Positions 12,244 to 26,779 of a stretch of 64,000 nucleotides of DNA are shown here, in pieces. The position numbers were made by a program, and so were the translations under genes. Each line of letters starts with the position of its first letter. Position 1 is the stretch's first letter. Source of the DNA: Eledone cirrhosa (taxonomy: Eukaryota); NCBI GenBank assembly GCA_964016885.1, contig OZ024740.1, positions 88,908,001-88,972,000 of the forward strand, in the 5' to 3' direction. The notes beneath the pieces were generated by a model. That model saw only the letters and a program-made list of their open reading frames with translations. It was not told the DNA's origin and did not search any database.

Positions 12244-13097
12244 GTTAGATAGTTACACAAATATTTGGTTATAGATAGGTAGATTCGTGGCCAAGTATTT
12301 AGACTAGCATAGAAAGATGGTTGTTAGCTAGAGAAATATGGATAGAGAGCTAAATAGATTGAAATGTTACGTCATTATGCATTTAGCTACATTCCCACAT
12401 CCTCCATGTGAATTCTCTCTCTCATAACTATCGTAAAGAAGAGAAATACTGTATGAAGATGTCCGTGATACGCCACTCACCCATTATAAATCCAATAACG
12501 TGAAACTCTGCAGTAAGTAAATCACAATTACTTAACGTACGAGGTTCGGCAGAATAGTTAATAGCTGACTATGAAGGATTGATATTAGAGCTATAAAATC
12601 TTGCATGTATTACTTTCACTCCTTGTTAATAACTGCGTTGTTTCTATCCAGGTATTACAAACGTCTTTTGGTTATTACATTAGATTATCTTTGTCAGTCT
12701 ATGGAATTTGTTGCCTATGAACTTTTCAGTCGGACCTCGTAGTTACATATTTGCTTTACGTAGATTTCAGAAATCAATGGATAAATGTGATGTTCCCTCT
12801 GTCTCGGTTAAAATTCAAGGAATTCACCGAAAAAAATATATTAACTCTACAGACGAAGTGTTTAGGGGCTTCTTACATTTCAAAAGACACCTGCTCTTAT
12901 CATGGAAGATTACGCACAAAGCATCCAGTCAACAGAAGTAAGCATCCGTCACATTTCCATCACAATAAGTGTAATTCTTCAAGAATATACCTTTTCATTT
13001 TGATGAAAAAAGAAATTGAAGAAAGGGTATCAAAATACAAATGACACAAAAAAGATTTCCGTAATTATATATAAATAACTTAATTATATATAAATAA

Positions 13098-13129
<32 letters not shown>

Positions 13130-13600
13130 GTGTGTGTGTGTGTGTGTGTGTCTGTGTGTGTGTGTGTGGAGTGTGTGTGTTCCTTTGTTTTTTTTACTAT
13201 TTGTTTATGTACTATAGTTTAGTGAAAAAATAGTGCGATTGAATAATTAAAGGATTTGAAAAAATAATGTACACTTTTTGTTAAAATCAACAACTTTTCT
13301 TCAATCCGTGTGTCATATTCTACCCACAGTCTATATATAGTGCATCATTTGGCTCTCTTTCTTTATATATCAGCCTTTTACTCAACAGATACTTTTTTTA
13401 TCTTAATTTTAATTTCTACAATGACATTCATTCTACTCCTAAATATTGCAAAATGATTTTGTTTGTGACTTTAGTGCTAGTACTTGCAATATGTTGCCAT
13501 GCTTAGTATGCCTTAGATATATCTTATTGTCTGATTATTTGCAAGTAAACAGTATAAACTACATATAATATACAGTTTCTTGCAATATACTTTTATATAA

Positions 13601-14478
13601 CCTGTACATAGCATGTGACTTGCTTTTGACCTAGTATCTGTGTATCTTTTATTCAATAACGTCAGCTTTGTACATAGTAGTATCAGTCGCGTGGAAAGAA
13701 AAGCATATGGATGCGAACCCTCTCAAAGGTAATTATTTCAATTCAGCCACGTAATAATTAACTCATTATTCCATCATAATCTTAAGCATAAATTCAGTTG
13801 GACATATGCTTGATCAAAAGATTGTCATCTTATTGCTTTCATCGTATTGTATTAATGTAATATTTATAATATGGAAAATATCCCTCGTATACTCTATCGT
13901 TGAAATATATAATCTATATCACTGCACCACCTGCATTTCTATATATATTTAATATTTTTATTCTCTCAGATTGAATAGATATAAGCTTAAGTTTATCCTC
14001 GATGTGTTCACGAATTTTCTTCGAATATCAGATCCGTATATATCTGCATTGAGTGAATTTCCATTAAGTGTCTTTATTAAGTGACTCTCTAGCTTGCTAA
14101 ACGTTTTATATATTAAACACCTATAGATGTTTTTTTGTATACTAATTACTTGACTTGTTTCTTTATAGTATATATGTGAGGGTGCTTTTCCTTCACTTAT
14201 ATTGTTAATGCTTATAGATTTCGATTTATTTTAATATCTCGTACAAAATGTATGTAAATTATTTTCATATTTTAACTACATATTGTAGTTGAATAATTTC
14301 GCTGCGCTTTATTTTGATACAATCTGCATGTAGCAGGTGATTTTCTTTTGCTACTTCTCTTCACAAGACTATTTTTCATAAAGCTCAACTTTGTACTCAG
14401 TGGAGTCAGTCTCATGGAAAACAGAAGATATGGGAACGAGTCACCCCAAAAGCAATTATTTCAAACATGCTTCGCGTA
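13601..14478 (+). repeat. Diverged ~150-bp direct repeat (13601-13752 and 14323-14478) containing a 63-nt exon-like core
   Basis: Indel-free 63-nt alignment of 13666-13728 with 14389-14451; copy 1 flanked by cag and gtaatt. Confidence 0.65.
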
Positions 14479-16769
14479 AGTTGCCATGGTACTAACATTT
14501 GCTGCATTGATGTTTTCAGCCACCCTTAAATCATACCATCTGTCAAGAAACCCAGGACCTCTGGTGACAATTAAAGCATATCAATTTATTCTGCTATCCA
14601 AGAGTAAATAATAGGATCTAGGTTTTCTCTATGGAAGAAATGAATGCCTGAGATTTGTAAAAAAAACAAAAACAAAAAACAAAAACAAACAGCACGACAA
14701 AATCAAACAAACAAACAAATAAACACGCACAAATACAGAGACAGATTTATTGATCCCAAGAGAAATAGAAGAAATGGCTTTTTGAAGATATCTAGTTTAG
14801 AAGAAGATGGTTGCATAAATTTAGTGCAGAACTGATGCTTTGTTCATAGCAAAAACCGGTGAATATCGTAACATTGATTATCAAAAGTGGAAGCAACTTT
14901 AAATCTGCTATGACGTTGTAGGCTTTTTCTTTCTCAATACATAGTTTTTCTCCACAAACAAACAAAGAAAAAGCCTAAAAAGTGAAACACCAAGAAACAA
15001 CAAAAGAAAACAACATTTGATACTTCACTGCACGATTGGAGAAAGCATGGCGCTGGGCATCTGGCCATATGTCATGATAGGGTATCCAATGCCTATACTC
15101 TGGCGTTCAAATTTATTATTCTGTCATCTTTTCTTTGATGCACTATGTAGCGCAAATTCTACTACATTAGTTTCTTCATTTCTCTGTTATCTTCTGCTGT
15201 TTCTCTTTATTCAGAGTGTCTATATTTCTGGCATTCTAAGTCTCCTTTCTGTCTTCTATTAATCTTTTATCAAATTTTCTTTCTCTGATCTATTTCCTCT
15301 TATGGACTATGTTTCCTGTATTGGATTTCTCAAAACCTATTGCTGCTATCCATTACATCTATTGTGAGCTTTTGTCGTTTGTTTATATAGAGCTCTTAAC
15401 GGATTTATTTGATATAGTCATTTTTCTTTTATTTATTTTTTTTACTGCTGGGCATAAATGAAAATAAAAAAAACAAAAAAAAACATCAGTGGTTTAACCA
15501 TGAGCAAAAACTGTATGTTACTGATACAAATGACAACTTAGTGATTCACTGACTTATGGAACAAATACAAAAAGCAAATGCAGTTTTAAAACAAATGCGT
15601 GGTTAATATATAAATTTCCTCATGCCTTTGGAACAGTTATTGAATTGGCTACATAATCCAAACAACTGATATAAATTTGTACTGAAATCAGTATTTCGAA
15701 GTTCCTTAACATCTAACATATTGATTGATCTTAATTGAGAAGTACATATTTATTTATTGCCGCAAAAACAATGTTGTTTGTCAATTACTTGATGAAATGT
15801 GTTTTCCCTCTTATGGTCTTCAAATGGTTACAGGATTTATGGTTTCATGTAACATCGTATCATATGGGAATCAGCATGTCGCTAAAAGATGGTAAATTTT
15901 TCAATTTCTCAGGAACTAAGCTAATTTGTAAGGAGAATCGAAGGTGATAAACAGCTGGTTTATATCTTAAGTTTCGAAACAACAGAATGCAATAAAGTAT
16001 TCCCAGGGATATCTTCAATATCAAACAAGGAAATATGCAACAGATCAGGCGTAAAGAAATAATAGAAAAAAAAGCAAAAACATAAAAAAACATAAAGATA
16101 AAAGAAAGCCTGTGTTTTTTATGAAGTTATTCAGAGAATGAGAAGCAGTACTCATAATCATTGTAAAGCCTGTCAGCCTTGTGACGTCGGTGTGATCGAT
16201 TTTCAATTTGAACATCTGGAGGCCTATATATGCAATACAAATGTAGACTGGTAGACAGTTTCATAAGATTGCGGTAATGGGTAAGACGGATTATGTTGTG
16301 TGTTCAGTTTAGTATCATGGTGGTGCGAGTGAGATGGGAGAGAGAAGAAGAGAGAGATAGAGACAGAGAGAAAGAGTGGAAGACAGAAGGTGAAACGGAT
16401 GTACAAGAGGGGCTTGAATGAATTTGCTTCTTAACTAGCTATTTCGTATTCACCTATATTGGCAGCAGAAATGTAACAGAAAAGAGAAAATGAAATGCTA
16501 AAGTTTCAGTGTGGGGAGAGTTCAAAGGCTTGCGATGCACGAAAGTTTTTGGTTTGTGTTGTCTTGGAAACAATGCATTTGGGGGTTAATGGCATTCCTC
16601 TTGGTGACCATTGCTATGTTGTCGTTGTTGGACCTAGTTCAGTTTCAACGAAGAGTGTTGCATTTGTTAATTTTTACTTGTGAAATTAACCAACAAGTCG
16701 CAATGAATTCCAGAAACATTTCTACACTTAACATACTCCCGAGGAAGAATCAGAGTGAAATAGAATAGG

Positions 16770-16910
16770 ACAAGATTGTCCCCTTAAATAACAGGTACAA
16801 CTTTTTTTCTAGCTGAATAGACTGGATGTGAAATAAAATATCTTATCAACCGCCTGGAATCGAATTGAAACCCCTACGATAATGCGTCGAAGACAGTCAG
16901 CCACGCGCAT
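16770..16910 (-). mobile_element. Decayed tRNA-derived SINE (second family)
   Basis: Reverse complement shows gcgcgtggctga...ttcgattccagg A/B-box-like head followed by a gtacctgttattt core. Confidence 0.4.
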
Positions 16911-19629
16911 TTTCATAACCAACTATAATTGTTCCAGATATTGACCTAATATGAATTACAATGTAGCTCTCGGTATATCTACAGTTACGTGCGGAGATTA
17001 CGTGAGGCCCACAACGAGACATATCAACTAGAATGGTTTCAGATGTTGTTGCTGTTGATATTGTTGCGCTTTCTTTCAGCTAATATCTGACTGAGTGGAA
17101 TTATGATAGAAGGCATTTACCCATCCATTTACCCATCCTGCTTTTGGGGCGTGCATAATACTGCAGGTGTTTCCGTTTCTTAAGAAGATACACTGAGACT
17201 TAGCGAAATGTGGCACCTATTTATATCAGGAAGAGCAACTATGTAGAAATTCTCACACTGGCAGGGAATGATTCCAATTATCTGTTCTTCTTACTGCGAT
17301 TCGTCAAAAATGAAGCATAAGGTTCTACTAGATTATAGTCAGCATAAATCTGGCTGATATGGTATCAGATAAAGGACTTGAATTATCAGCAGTTTCATGT
17401 GTGAGGTATTAAGCAGGTGTTTACTGTGATATGTTTTGTTTTGGTTAGAGAGAGAAAAAAACAATACAACGTATTCAGTTATCGACATGATTGAATAATA
17501 CATAATTTTGGATGAGAAGGAATCCGAGTATATTTGTAATATAAGAGTGAGAGTCAGGTGTAGAGCGGATGATACTAGCTTGCTCTGACAGTCTAGATTA
17601 GCAAAATACTCGTGCCCTTCCCCATCAGGTGAACGGGAAAAGAGACATATGAATGCCAAAAACATTTTCTGACCAAAGAAGTCAACGAGTATGTGGTTTT
17701 CAGATACTGGAGACATATGTATGTTCAATTCAAAGAAAACGATAGCTGAATATAATATCTGATGATTTATTGGAGAAATTCTGAGAGTGATGCGTGCTTA
17801 AAAGCAGCGTCTTCAAATGTTTCATTAATCAAATTTGCATATGCATACTGTTAAAACTGAATGGATGCATGTGAATTAGACATGCGATGCAAGCAACGCT
17901 ATGAACATTTTAAACATGTCTCTTTTTCCTGATTTTAGCGATAAACAAAATTGTTTATTGTGGAAAAGATTAAATAGAACTCATGACAGCACAGAATACA
18001 GGTGTAAATATATGGAAGCACATTGTCTAGAAACATATTAATTTATGTATGTTCAGTTCACTTCCTGTTCTGAATTAGTTCCATATATATCATCCATCAA
18101 TGTCATTGAAATAAGGATTCTGTTTCGCTCCAATCCTTGTTGGAGGAATATCTGATTTATCTTATTTTTGGTTTCAGAGAAACTTAAATATGACGGCAAG
18201 CCTCATATTTATACATATATCTCTTACTCTTTAGAAACATCATATATTCAATGAATTAACACATCAGGGAAGTGGTTGCCTGATGGACCCCGATTTTTTT
18301 AAAATCAATTCGAAGCAGTATGTTCTATTTGAATTCGAAAACCTCAAGCGACACCACTTAAATACACCTGGTAAAAACAAACAAGTCCATTAACTAATGG
18401 CTGCTAACGTGCTTCCTCGCAATTTCCGAAATAAATATATTTTGCAGAACAAACGACATAGCAGAAATAAAGCTCTTTCTGTGCTTGCAAACTACCAAGT
18501 TAAAAATTAGTTACACTGTTTCAATTTGTTTAAACTAATAGCAAAGTCTACGGTGTAATGCATTCTTACATGAATGTAAAACTGCATATTACTTACATTG
18601 ACTCAGGAAATATGGTTATTTCATTATTTATTATGAAACCATAAAGTAGGAAATGCTGAATATACAAAGAAGGTGTGTTAACTCATATTGTAAATAAATA
18701 CAGAGAAAAAAAATGTAGCTCCTTCTATGAGGGATATGATTGTATCTATCGCCCAAAATAAAGTTTAAGATTCACAATTACATTTACTTATTGACGGCAC
18801 AGAAAGCTATTAATTTGCTTACAACACAGGAGAGATATTGGGAGATATATCCATATGGAGAAATTTATTTCATAATAACAATGATTATGGTTTCACCCCA
18901 CTGCATCATATTTTATTTCAGTAGTTTCAGAGTTGCATTTCATAGACATTTTACAGAAGCCCGTCATGTTTATACGTGTGTACAGCGAAATAGTCAGGCT
19001 GGTGCCCGGGTGTGCAGTCAAACCACCGAAAGTGACTGGTTCCTGGTCCCCTTTAGGACATCATTCTAGGGGATGGAAAACACTGATACAATCCTACGAA
19101 TCGATGCTATCCTATGATGTTGATCTGTTCTTGCTTTTGGATATCTGTCAGCGTTGTTTACTTAAAGAGGCTCCAAGCATAAGCATCAATTTAAACTACT
19201 TCAGGTGTGATTCATCAGTATGGCACCCCATAGCTGTTAGAGGCGTGTATTTTTCATTCGCTGCAGCAAGTGCAGAAAGGAAGAAAGACCTTGGGTGGGC
19301 CACCCATGTGTCTGAAAATGATAAACTGATGGCAACTCTCGAAATCGCAATGATGCCATTATGTATGTATATATGTTCTTCTGGTTTTATACTTTAAAAA
19401 TGTTTACCAATAGGGAGAGAATGGGTTTCTAACATAGATACAAGACTCTCTCATTGGAATTTACACAACATCAACTAGGTAGATTATGTATGCATGTCTG
19501 CATCTGTAGATATGGATGTTTTTGTATGTGTGGATGTGTATGTTTTGAGTTGTATGTGTGCATGTGTATATGGTTTGTATCTGTACATGTGTATATGCAG
19601 TTATTAGATGCAAAACTTTTGGAATGTTT

Positions 19630-21105
19630 TACATATTATTACTGTTCCACTAATGGATTGTAATTTCCTAACTAGTTATGTTCTTTCTGTTCCTGTTAAG
19701 CCTAGCTTCTCAAGATTTGTATTGAGGCAGTTACTAACATACCCCAGTGCCCCAATAATCACAGGCATAAATCTGAAGGTGTAATCAGGGTGGAGTATCT
19801 ACAGATTTCTCATCAGTTCTGCATAAATATTCTCCTTTTCGCTGGGCAGCTAATTTCCACTACTGTGCATGCTTTCTTCTCCTTGTCCCATATCATAATA
19901 TCTGGTCTGTTATGCCTGCATTATATTGGGGTTTTAAATGGAACATTCCACCAGTACTCTTTCATACTATGTATATGGATGTCTTCCACATTGCTGTAGC
20001 TTTTAATGTGTATATTATCGGGACTATCTTTTTCACTAACTGCATTGTACAGTGTTTGGCCACTACATCATGCCACATATGTAGATAGTACCGCGATGAC
20101 ATCTTTGGACAGCTACTGATGACATGGGTGATATCCTCGATGTTAGTTCTGCAGAGTCTGCACTTGTTATCACATCTAGGTGTTTTGCCTGCATCCCTAT
20201 CTCTTTTGTGAATCAGGTATTTCGTGTTAACTCCTGTTCTTGGATTGCAAAAACGTATCCTTCAAAGTGGGAGCCAATATAGCGGTTGTTGGTCCAAGAT
20301 AGACTACTTTCCTTATCTATATTACTCTCACTCTGGAGCTTCCTGGCAACATATCCATGCACGATTTGTTGCTGATAAGCATGCAGTTTTTCATCCATGG
20401 ATTTACTGCGATACTGCTGAGCGACTTCCCTGGGTATGAGGTTTTGATCATCACACAGGGATTATCTCTCGATGAGTTCCTTCCCAACTCTCATGATCTT
20501 ATCTGGTTCATGCAGATAGACTTGCTCGAGAAACGGGCTCCTACGCTTCGAGGTTCGTAGATGTTGTCGGAGAGATATGATGCGCCATTCAAATTTTGTC
20601 TGGACTGATGTTAGACCTCTGCCTCGCTGCTTACGTTTCAAGTGAAGGCGCTCTATGTCACTGTCGATGTGGAAGTTTTCGGTGTTGCTTAGTATTTTTC
20701 GAATTCCAACATCAACTGCTCGGATTTCGTCTATCGTCCAATTGAGTATTCCAAACGTTGGTGTTAGGAGTGGCACAGCAAACACATTGTGAGCCACTGT
20801 TTTGTTTTGCGCAGAGCGTTCCGATGACCAGATCTTTCTTAATCGGGTGTAGTATCCCATGGTTACGCGTTCTTTATTACAGATACCATTAAAGGATATG
20901 TTCTCATCTATCCCCAGGTATCTGTAGCAGTCCTCATCAGATATCGGTGAAACAGTTAGGCCATTGATGACAATGTTGCCAGATTGGGTTGTTGTTTTCC
21001 CCGCTTTACAGTCATCTATGAGCATTTATCTTGGCCAAACTCCATTCCTATACCTTTTGAAAACGTTGTAACCAGGTCAAGATTTGTCTTCATCCCATCC
21101 ATGTT
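19630..21105 (-). mobile_element. 5'-truncated R4/Dong-like non-LTR retrotransposon (RT C-terminus, CCHC finger, restriction-like endonuclease), pseudogenised
   Basis: YRYLGI, VFAVPLLTPTFGILNWT, IERLHLKRKQRGRGL, CRLC...HVISSC, HNRPDI...VEISCP and IIGALG motifs. Confidence 0.85.
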
Positions 21106-21110
21106 CTTGG

Positions 21111-21352
21111 CATGTATGTATGTATGTATGCATGTATGTATGTATGTATGTATGCATGTATGTATGTATGTATGTATGTATGTATGTATGTATGTATGTA
21201 TGTATTATTTTGAAAAGGACTGTAGTAATGCATCAACCTGCACCTGTATGTATGTATTTCTGTATGTATATATGTATGTGTCTATGTATGCATGTATATA
21301 TGTATGTATGTTTGCATGTATGTTTGCATGTATATATGTATGTTTGTATGTA
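21111..21352. repeat. (TATG)n microsatellite
   Basis: Direct tetranucleotide tract with a degenerate extension. Confidence 0.95.
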
Positions 21353-21865
21353 TTTACTCGAGTTTTACGTTTATATATAAGGAGCTGAACAACCGGCCGG
21401 TGTTTTCAACGAGCTTAGCAATTCAATAACTATTAATCAAAACGTTAAACACTAAACCAGTATGCGCATTCCAGGTGATAGGATTGGATACAACAATTGA
21501 TAAGTGCGTACCAGTAGGGCTGTATGAAAAAACTGAAACCATGAAAAATGTTATTGACCGATGAATGTTTTCAATAAAAATACAGTCGAATGCTTTATAT
21601 TTTTCACCATATTTATAATACACAGAGGCTACATGAATTTTAATATAGTCAATGAATTAGCCAGATATTATAGTGAATTCTATGATATGTAAATACAAAG
21701 GGCCTAGTTTGTAATCAAACATATTCAGTTATATTTAAAATAGTTGCGAATTAGTATCATCATTCTCTTAAAGTATGTCTGTTAGTTACTGTGTACCCCG
21801 ATCTGTTTCTTGTCTCTGAAAATGAATCTAGATATTAGAGTCTCATTCAAACTAGAATTTGAAAA

Positions 21866-21973
21866 TATAAGAGCGAATTATTCAACGTTTGAAATGAATT
21901 GCTTTATTATTCTCAGCGGTGCGTGAGAATAATAAAGCAATTCATTTCAAACGTTGAATAATTCGCTCTTATA
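21866..21973. repeat. Perfect 50-bp hairpin with 8-nt loop
   Basis: 21866-21915 is the exact reverse complement of 21924-21973; loop gcggtgcg. Confidence 0.95.
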
Positions 21974-22052
21974 ATATTCATAACAATATTACATGCTGGC
22001 CTTGTGCGAAAAGTAGAAACAAATATTACATATACATACCTACATGCATAAA

Positions 22053-22640
<588 letters not shown>

Positions 22641-22657
22641 CTCGGCTTCAGAGTTAA

Positions 22658-22800
22658 GAATAATTGTTTCTATTTTTGGCACAAGGCCATCAATAATTCC
22701 AGTGTATTACTGGTACTTTATTTTATCGACCCTGTAGGATGAAAGGCAAAGTTCACCACCGCGGGATTTGAACTCAGACCATAAAGGGCCGTAACTCTTT
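22658..22800 (-). mobile_element. 5'-truncated SINE with degenerate target-site duplication
   Basis: Reverse complement of the SINE core; flanks ttcagagttaagaataat and tttagagttcagaataat. Confidence 0.85.
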
Positions 22801-22920
22801 GGCCCTTTAGAGTTCAGAATAATGTAAATAAATTACAGAGGTTATTGAAATCAACAATAATTAAATATATACATGCACGCATCCTCCCTCGGTTGAGCCC
22901 TCTATTGACTTATATTCATC

Positions 22921-24057
22921 ATGCAGAAACAACATCTGAATATTTCTACAAAGTACATACCCGTACCAAGCAGGAAGACATACCTAAAACTCCTGATACA
23001 GAAAACAGACTCGTTCATTAAAAGGTTGCGTTGGCGCACCTTTTATTTCGATAATCAGGGAAAAGCGGACAACAAACAGGATAAATTTGGGTTTAAAACC
23101 TACAATAACCCTCGGAGTAACCCAGCATTACTACCCTTCGAAAATGATGTATTGGAACTCATACGGAGTATAACATTTCAGAATAGGAGCAGCAATTCCT
23201 TCCATCAGGACCTGAATAATAGAATTCGTTCTATTAAGGATTCTAATGCCGTGCACGTTCACTCCGACAAAACTGGCAATCTATATCAAATGGAGCGCAG
23301 TACTTACCATCAACTGCTACATAATGTTGTAACTAAGGATTAACTTAAAACTAATCGAAGTGTCATTAATGTCATCAACGATGCTGGGTTTAAAATCACC
23401 TCTGATCTCAACTTCATGGACCGGACTGAACCTCTGGACCTATTTCTCCCCACTTTACCCTGAAGGATCACACATCCAATTTCCCGAATAAACCTCTATT
23501 CGGCTTATTAACCCTTCGATTTAGGTAGACTTAGTAAAAGGATTTTAGATAGAATTATACCTGAAATTAGAAGCTTGGACCCTCTTGCACTGTGGAACAA
23601 TTCTTTCGCGCTGATTCATTGGTTCAACGGCATATGTAACAAGGAACATTGCTGTTTTATCCAATTCGACATTAATAATTACTACTCCTCCATCACTTTA
23701 CCACTTCTTCTTAGAGTTATCAATTTCGCTAAAACGCTCACGGTGGTTAAATATTTCGAAATTGATGTCATCCTCAATGCCCATAAGTCGGTGATTAATT
23801 TCGACGACTCTATTTGGATTAAAAAATCTAATAGTACCCCATTCATCGTCAGTATGGGCGCCAGCTATTCTGCGGAGGTTACTGATCTTATCGACATTTT
23901 CCTTCTTTTCTCTATCATGGAAGAATTCCCCAATGTGGGCGGTGGTTTGTACCGTGATGACGGTCTTTTGGCCATGACAAAGTGCGGCCAACGCGCTTGC
24001 GACAGGTTCAGAAAAGAACTCACAGCCTTCTTTAAAGGCTTAAACCTCGGTCGTTAA
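22921..24057 (+). mobile_element. Penelope-like element reverse transcriptase (Naiad-type), disrupted and 3'-truncated
   Basis: KYIPVPS..YLKLLI.K..SFIKRLRWR N-terminus, SDKTGNLY, FIQFDINNYYSSI, MGASYSAE and GLYRDDGL motifs; stop at 23341 and frameshifts. Confidence 0.85.
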
Positions 24058-24357
24058 TGATTTTTTGTCAGTTTTATAACCAGATAATTATTTAATTGTT
24101 ATTTGTCAAATATCTTTCATCACACATTCTGTGACCTCTTCAGTCACTCGTCTTGGTGTTGTTCTACCACATCTTGTTTTTAAGAGAGCAGCCCGAGGAC
24201 CACGCATGCATTACATCTGGGTGTGTGTGTTCTTGATTTTCTTCTCTCTAGCCTACTTGTCAATAGTTGGTGTTATCAGTAATTTTATAATCTATATGTG
24301 TGTGTGTGAATATATGTATACACCCCCCCCCCCACACACACACATACCCCCCCACAC

Positions 24358-24455
<98 letters not shown>

Positions 24456-24560
24456 GATTATCAGCCTATATCTCTGTTTAACTATCTCTCTAAATGTATC
24501 TAATTAACTATGTATCTATCTTTGTGTCCGATGTTTCTCTCCCCTCCTCTCATTCTCCCC

Positions 24561-24605
<45 letters not shown>

Positions 24606-25559
24606 AACATCTTTAATTTATTAGAAGTAATATTATAATACTACAGCTAATATTTTAAGTAAAATATCACAGGAATTTACTAAAACTTCTAAATTCTTAT
24701 TTATTCAGCAATTGTATATCGGTAGACGAAAGATAGAACATACGAACTTTAACAGGAAATTGGGATTTGAAAGCCAGACACAATAGTGTTGATATATCGG
24801 CCAATGTGGAAAATAATTTATTATTTTACGAAACTATAAATGGAAAATTTCTTTCATGAAAGGAAATGATGAACAAAGAAAAAACAATGTCCGTTGATTA
24901 TAATTTAGTGGAGCAGGTAATTTCCTAAAGAGAACGACACGTATTTAATGTTAGACAGAGATCGATTTGTTCTGAATTAGTTTTCAGTAACTCAAAGTAA
25001 GGCAAACGAAGTATACTGCAACTTATACAATCATTGAGGCAATCTTAAAAAGAAAGAAAACAATAGCAAATATTTATGCAGGCATGCATATATAATAATG
25101 CTATGTATACATTTACGTTCACAAAGACAGAAACTCTCAGAAAGACATGCATATGCATGAAGTTTGTATGCATTCATGCATAATTGTATATATGTATGTA
25201 AGTATGTAGTCGATACACGTATTTGCAATATTTATTTATTTAGTATCGCTTCACGTTCAGATTTCAAGTCTCGTGAAGCCATGCACGCACACAAAATATC
25301 ACACACATTGACAGACTCACATACCCCATACGAGTTACACACACGTACATATATAAGGAACATTGTCCAACTTCCGATTAGCATATAGTGTTCTGGCAGA
25401 CCATCCACCAATTTTGTAATAAAACCTGCGTCTTGGTTTCTTAACTCTTCAGAGATGTGCATCCTGTGAGGGGCAGTAAATATTTTGCTGATCTCCTAAA
25501 ACAGATCTCAACAGCCTTTTCCTGGTGTATAAGAGGTGCAACTGGGAACTGTGACTAAT

Positions 25560-26775
25560 CTCTCCGAGGTTAAGGTCAATTAAAGTGATGAAATGTGACA
25601 AGGCCACTTAGGAAGATGAAATCCGGCCCGAATTGTTAAAAGCCTTAAAAAGGGAAATTACTCTCTTGCTGACTCATGTGTGTCGAGTGGCCTGGATATT
25701 TAGAAAGGCATTTAAGGAATGGCAATAGGTAGTGGTAACCATAAACTTCAAAAAGAAGGCGAGAGAGAATGTTCCTCATTTTAATGATCTTCATTTTAAT
25801 CCTCGTCAGTAAAGTATATGCTAAGTGACAGGCAAAGAGGTGTAGGGAGACTATCGAGTCTACGCTAGCTGAGGAACTGTGCGATTTTCGCCCCAGACGC
25901 TGCAGTACAGCCGACCTAATACTCACACTGCGGCAGGTCTCAGAGAAATCGAAAGATTATTGCCAACATGTATATTCTTGATTTTTAGACCCCGAAAAGG
26001 CATATGATCGCGTTTCCAGTGAACTGCTGTGAAAGATTCTGCCTTAATCTGGGATCAATTTTCAGTTTTGTTTTGCCCAAATATCTCTTCCGAATGTATT
26101 TGCGTTCGAAGAAATGGTGCTAATACACACCATACAATATGACAGTCTGAATCCGTTCAGCGTGGGTCCTGTCACTTCATTTTTTTCTTTACTTTCATGA
26201 ACAGGATTGACATTCACAGCCGGTTTGAATGAGGTAACACGACTGGCACCTAACATTCAGCCAGCTGGAATTTGCAGATAACACGATATTACTTAAGTCC
26301 ACAGAAGGTGATAACCGACTTGTACTTGATGGGTTTGAGGCCCGGATCTGCACGGCGGGAATGAAAGTCAATACTTCGAAAACTAAGACATGACTCCTCT
26401 CAGTGAAGCCTGCACAATCTATTCTACATGTGAATGCAGATCCACTAAGCAGGTAGAGAATTTGAGGTTATCGGGGACGGGTTCACGAGTGATTGAAAAT
26501 ATAAGATCGCGAATACAAGCCGCCGAAATGGTGATTCTCCGAAGGGTTTCAGAACTAACATTCCTCGATAGCGTATGTAGCATAGAGATTAGAGAATTGC
26601 TTCAGTTAAAGCCACTATTTCTCAGTATTGATAAAGAGATCACAGCTTCGATACTTTGGACATGTGATTAGACTCTCTCAGAAAATATACGCTGGGCAGA
26701 TTTTACGGGCAAAACCAATCGGCTGGAGACCCAGGAGTAGCCGACGAGCAGAGATGGTTGGATAACATCCATGAA
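25560..26775 (+). mobile_element. Decayed RTE-clade LINE RT and 3' end
   Basis: EELCDFRPRR, FLDPEKAYDRV, LEFADN, GMKVNTSKTK, IQAAEM.ILRR and LRYFGHVIR motifs across broken frames. Confidence 0.8.
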
Positions 26776-26779
26776 CTTC

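Noticed and set aside
17755-17795. CTGATGA-ttt/gga-GAAA
   Set aside because: GUG at the cleavage position and negligible stem I
18950-18985. RHVY peptide match to the 6531 exon candidate
   Set aside because: The sequence is the SINE tail agaagcccgtc, so the match is coincidental
24104-24148. Minus-strand CTGAAGA-gtcaca/tgtgat-GAAA-gatatt next to the Naiad RT
   Set aside because: Good stem II, but G at position 17 and no stem I; at best a dead relic
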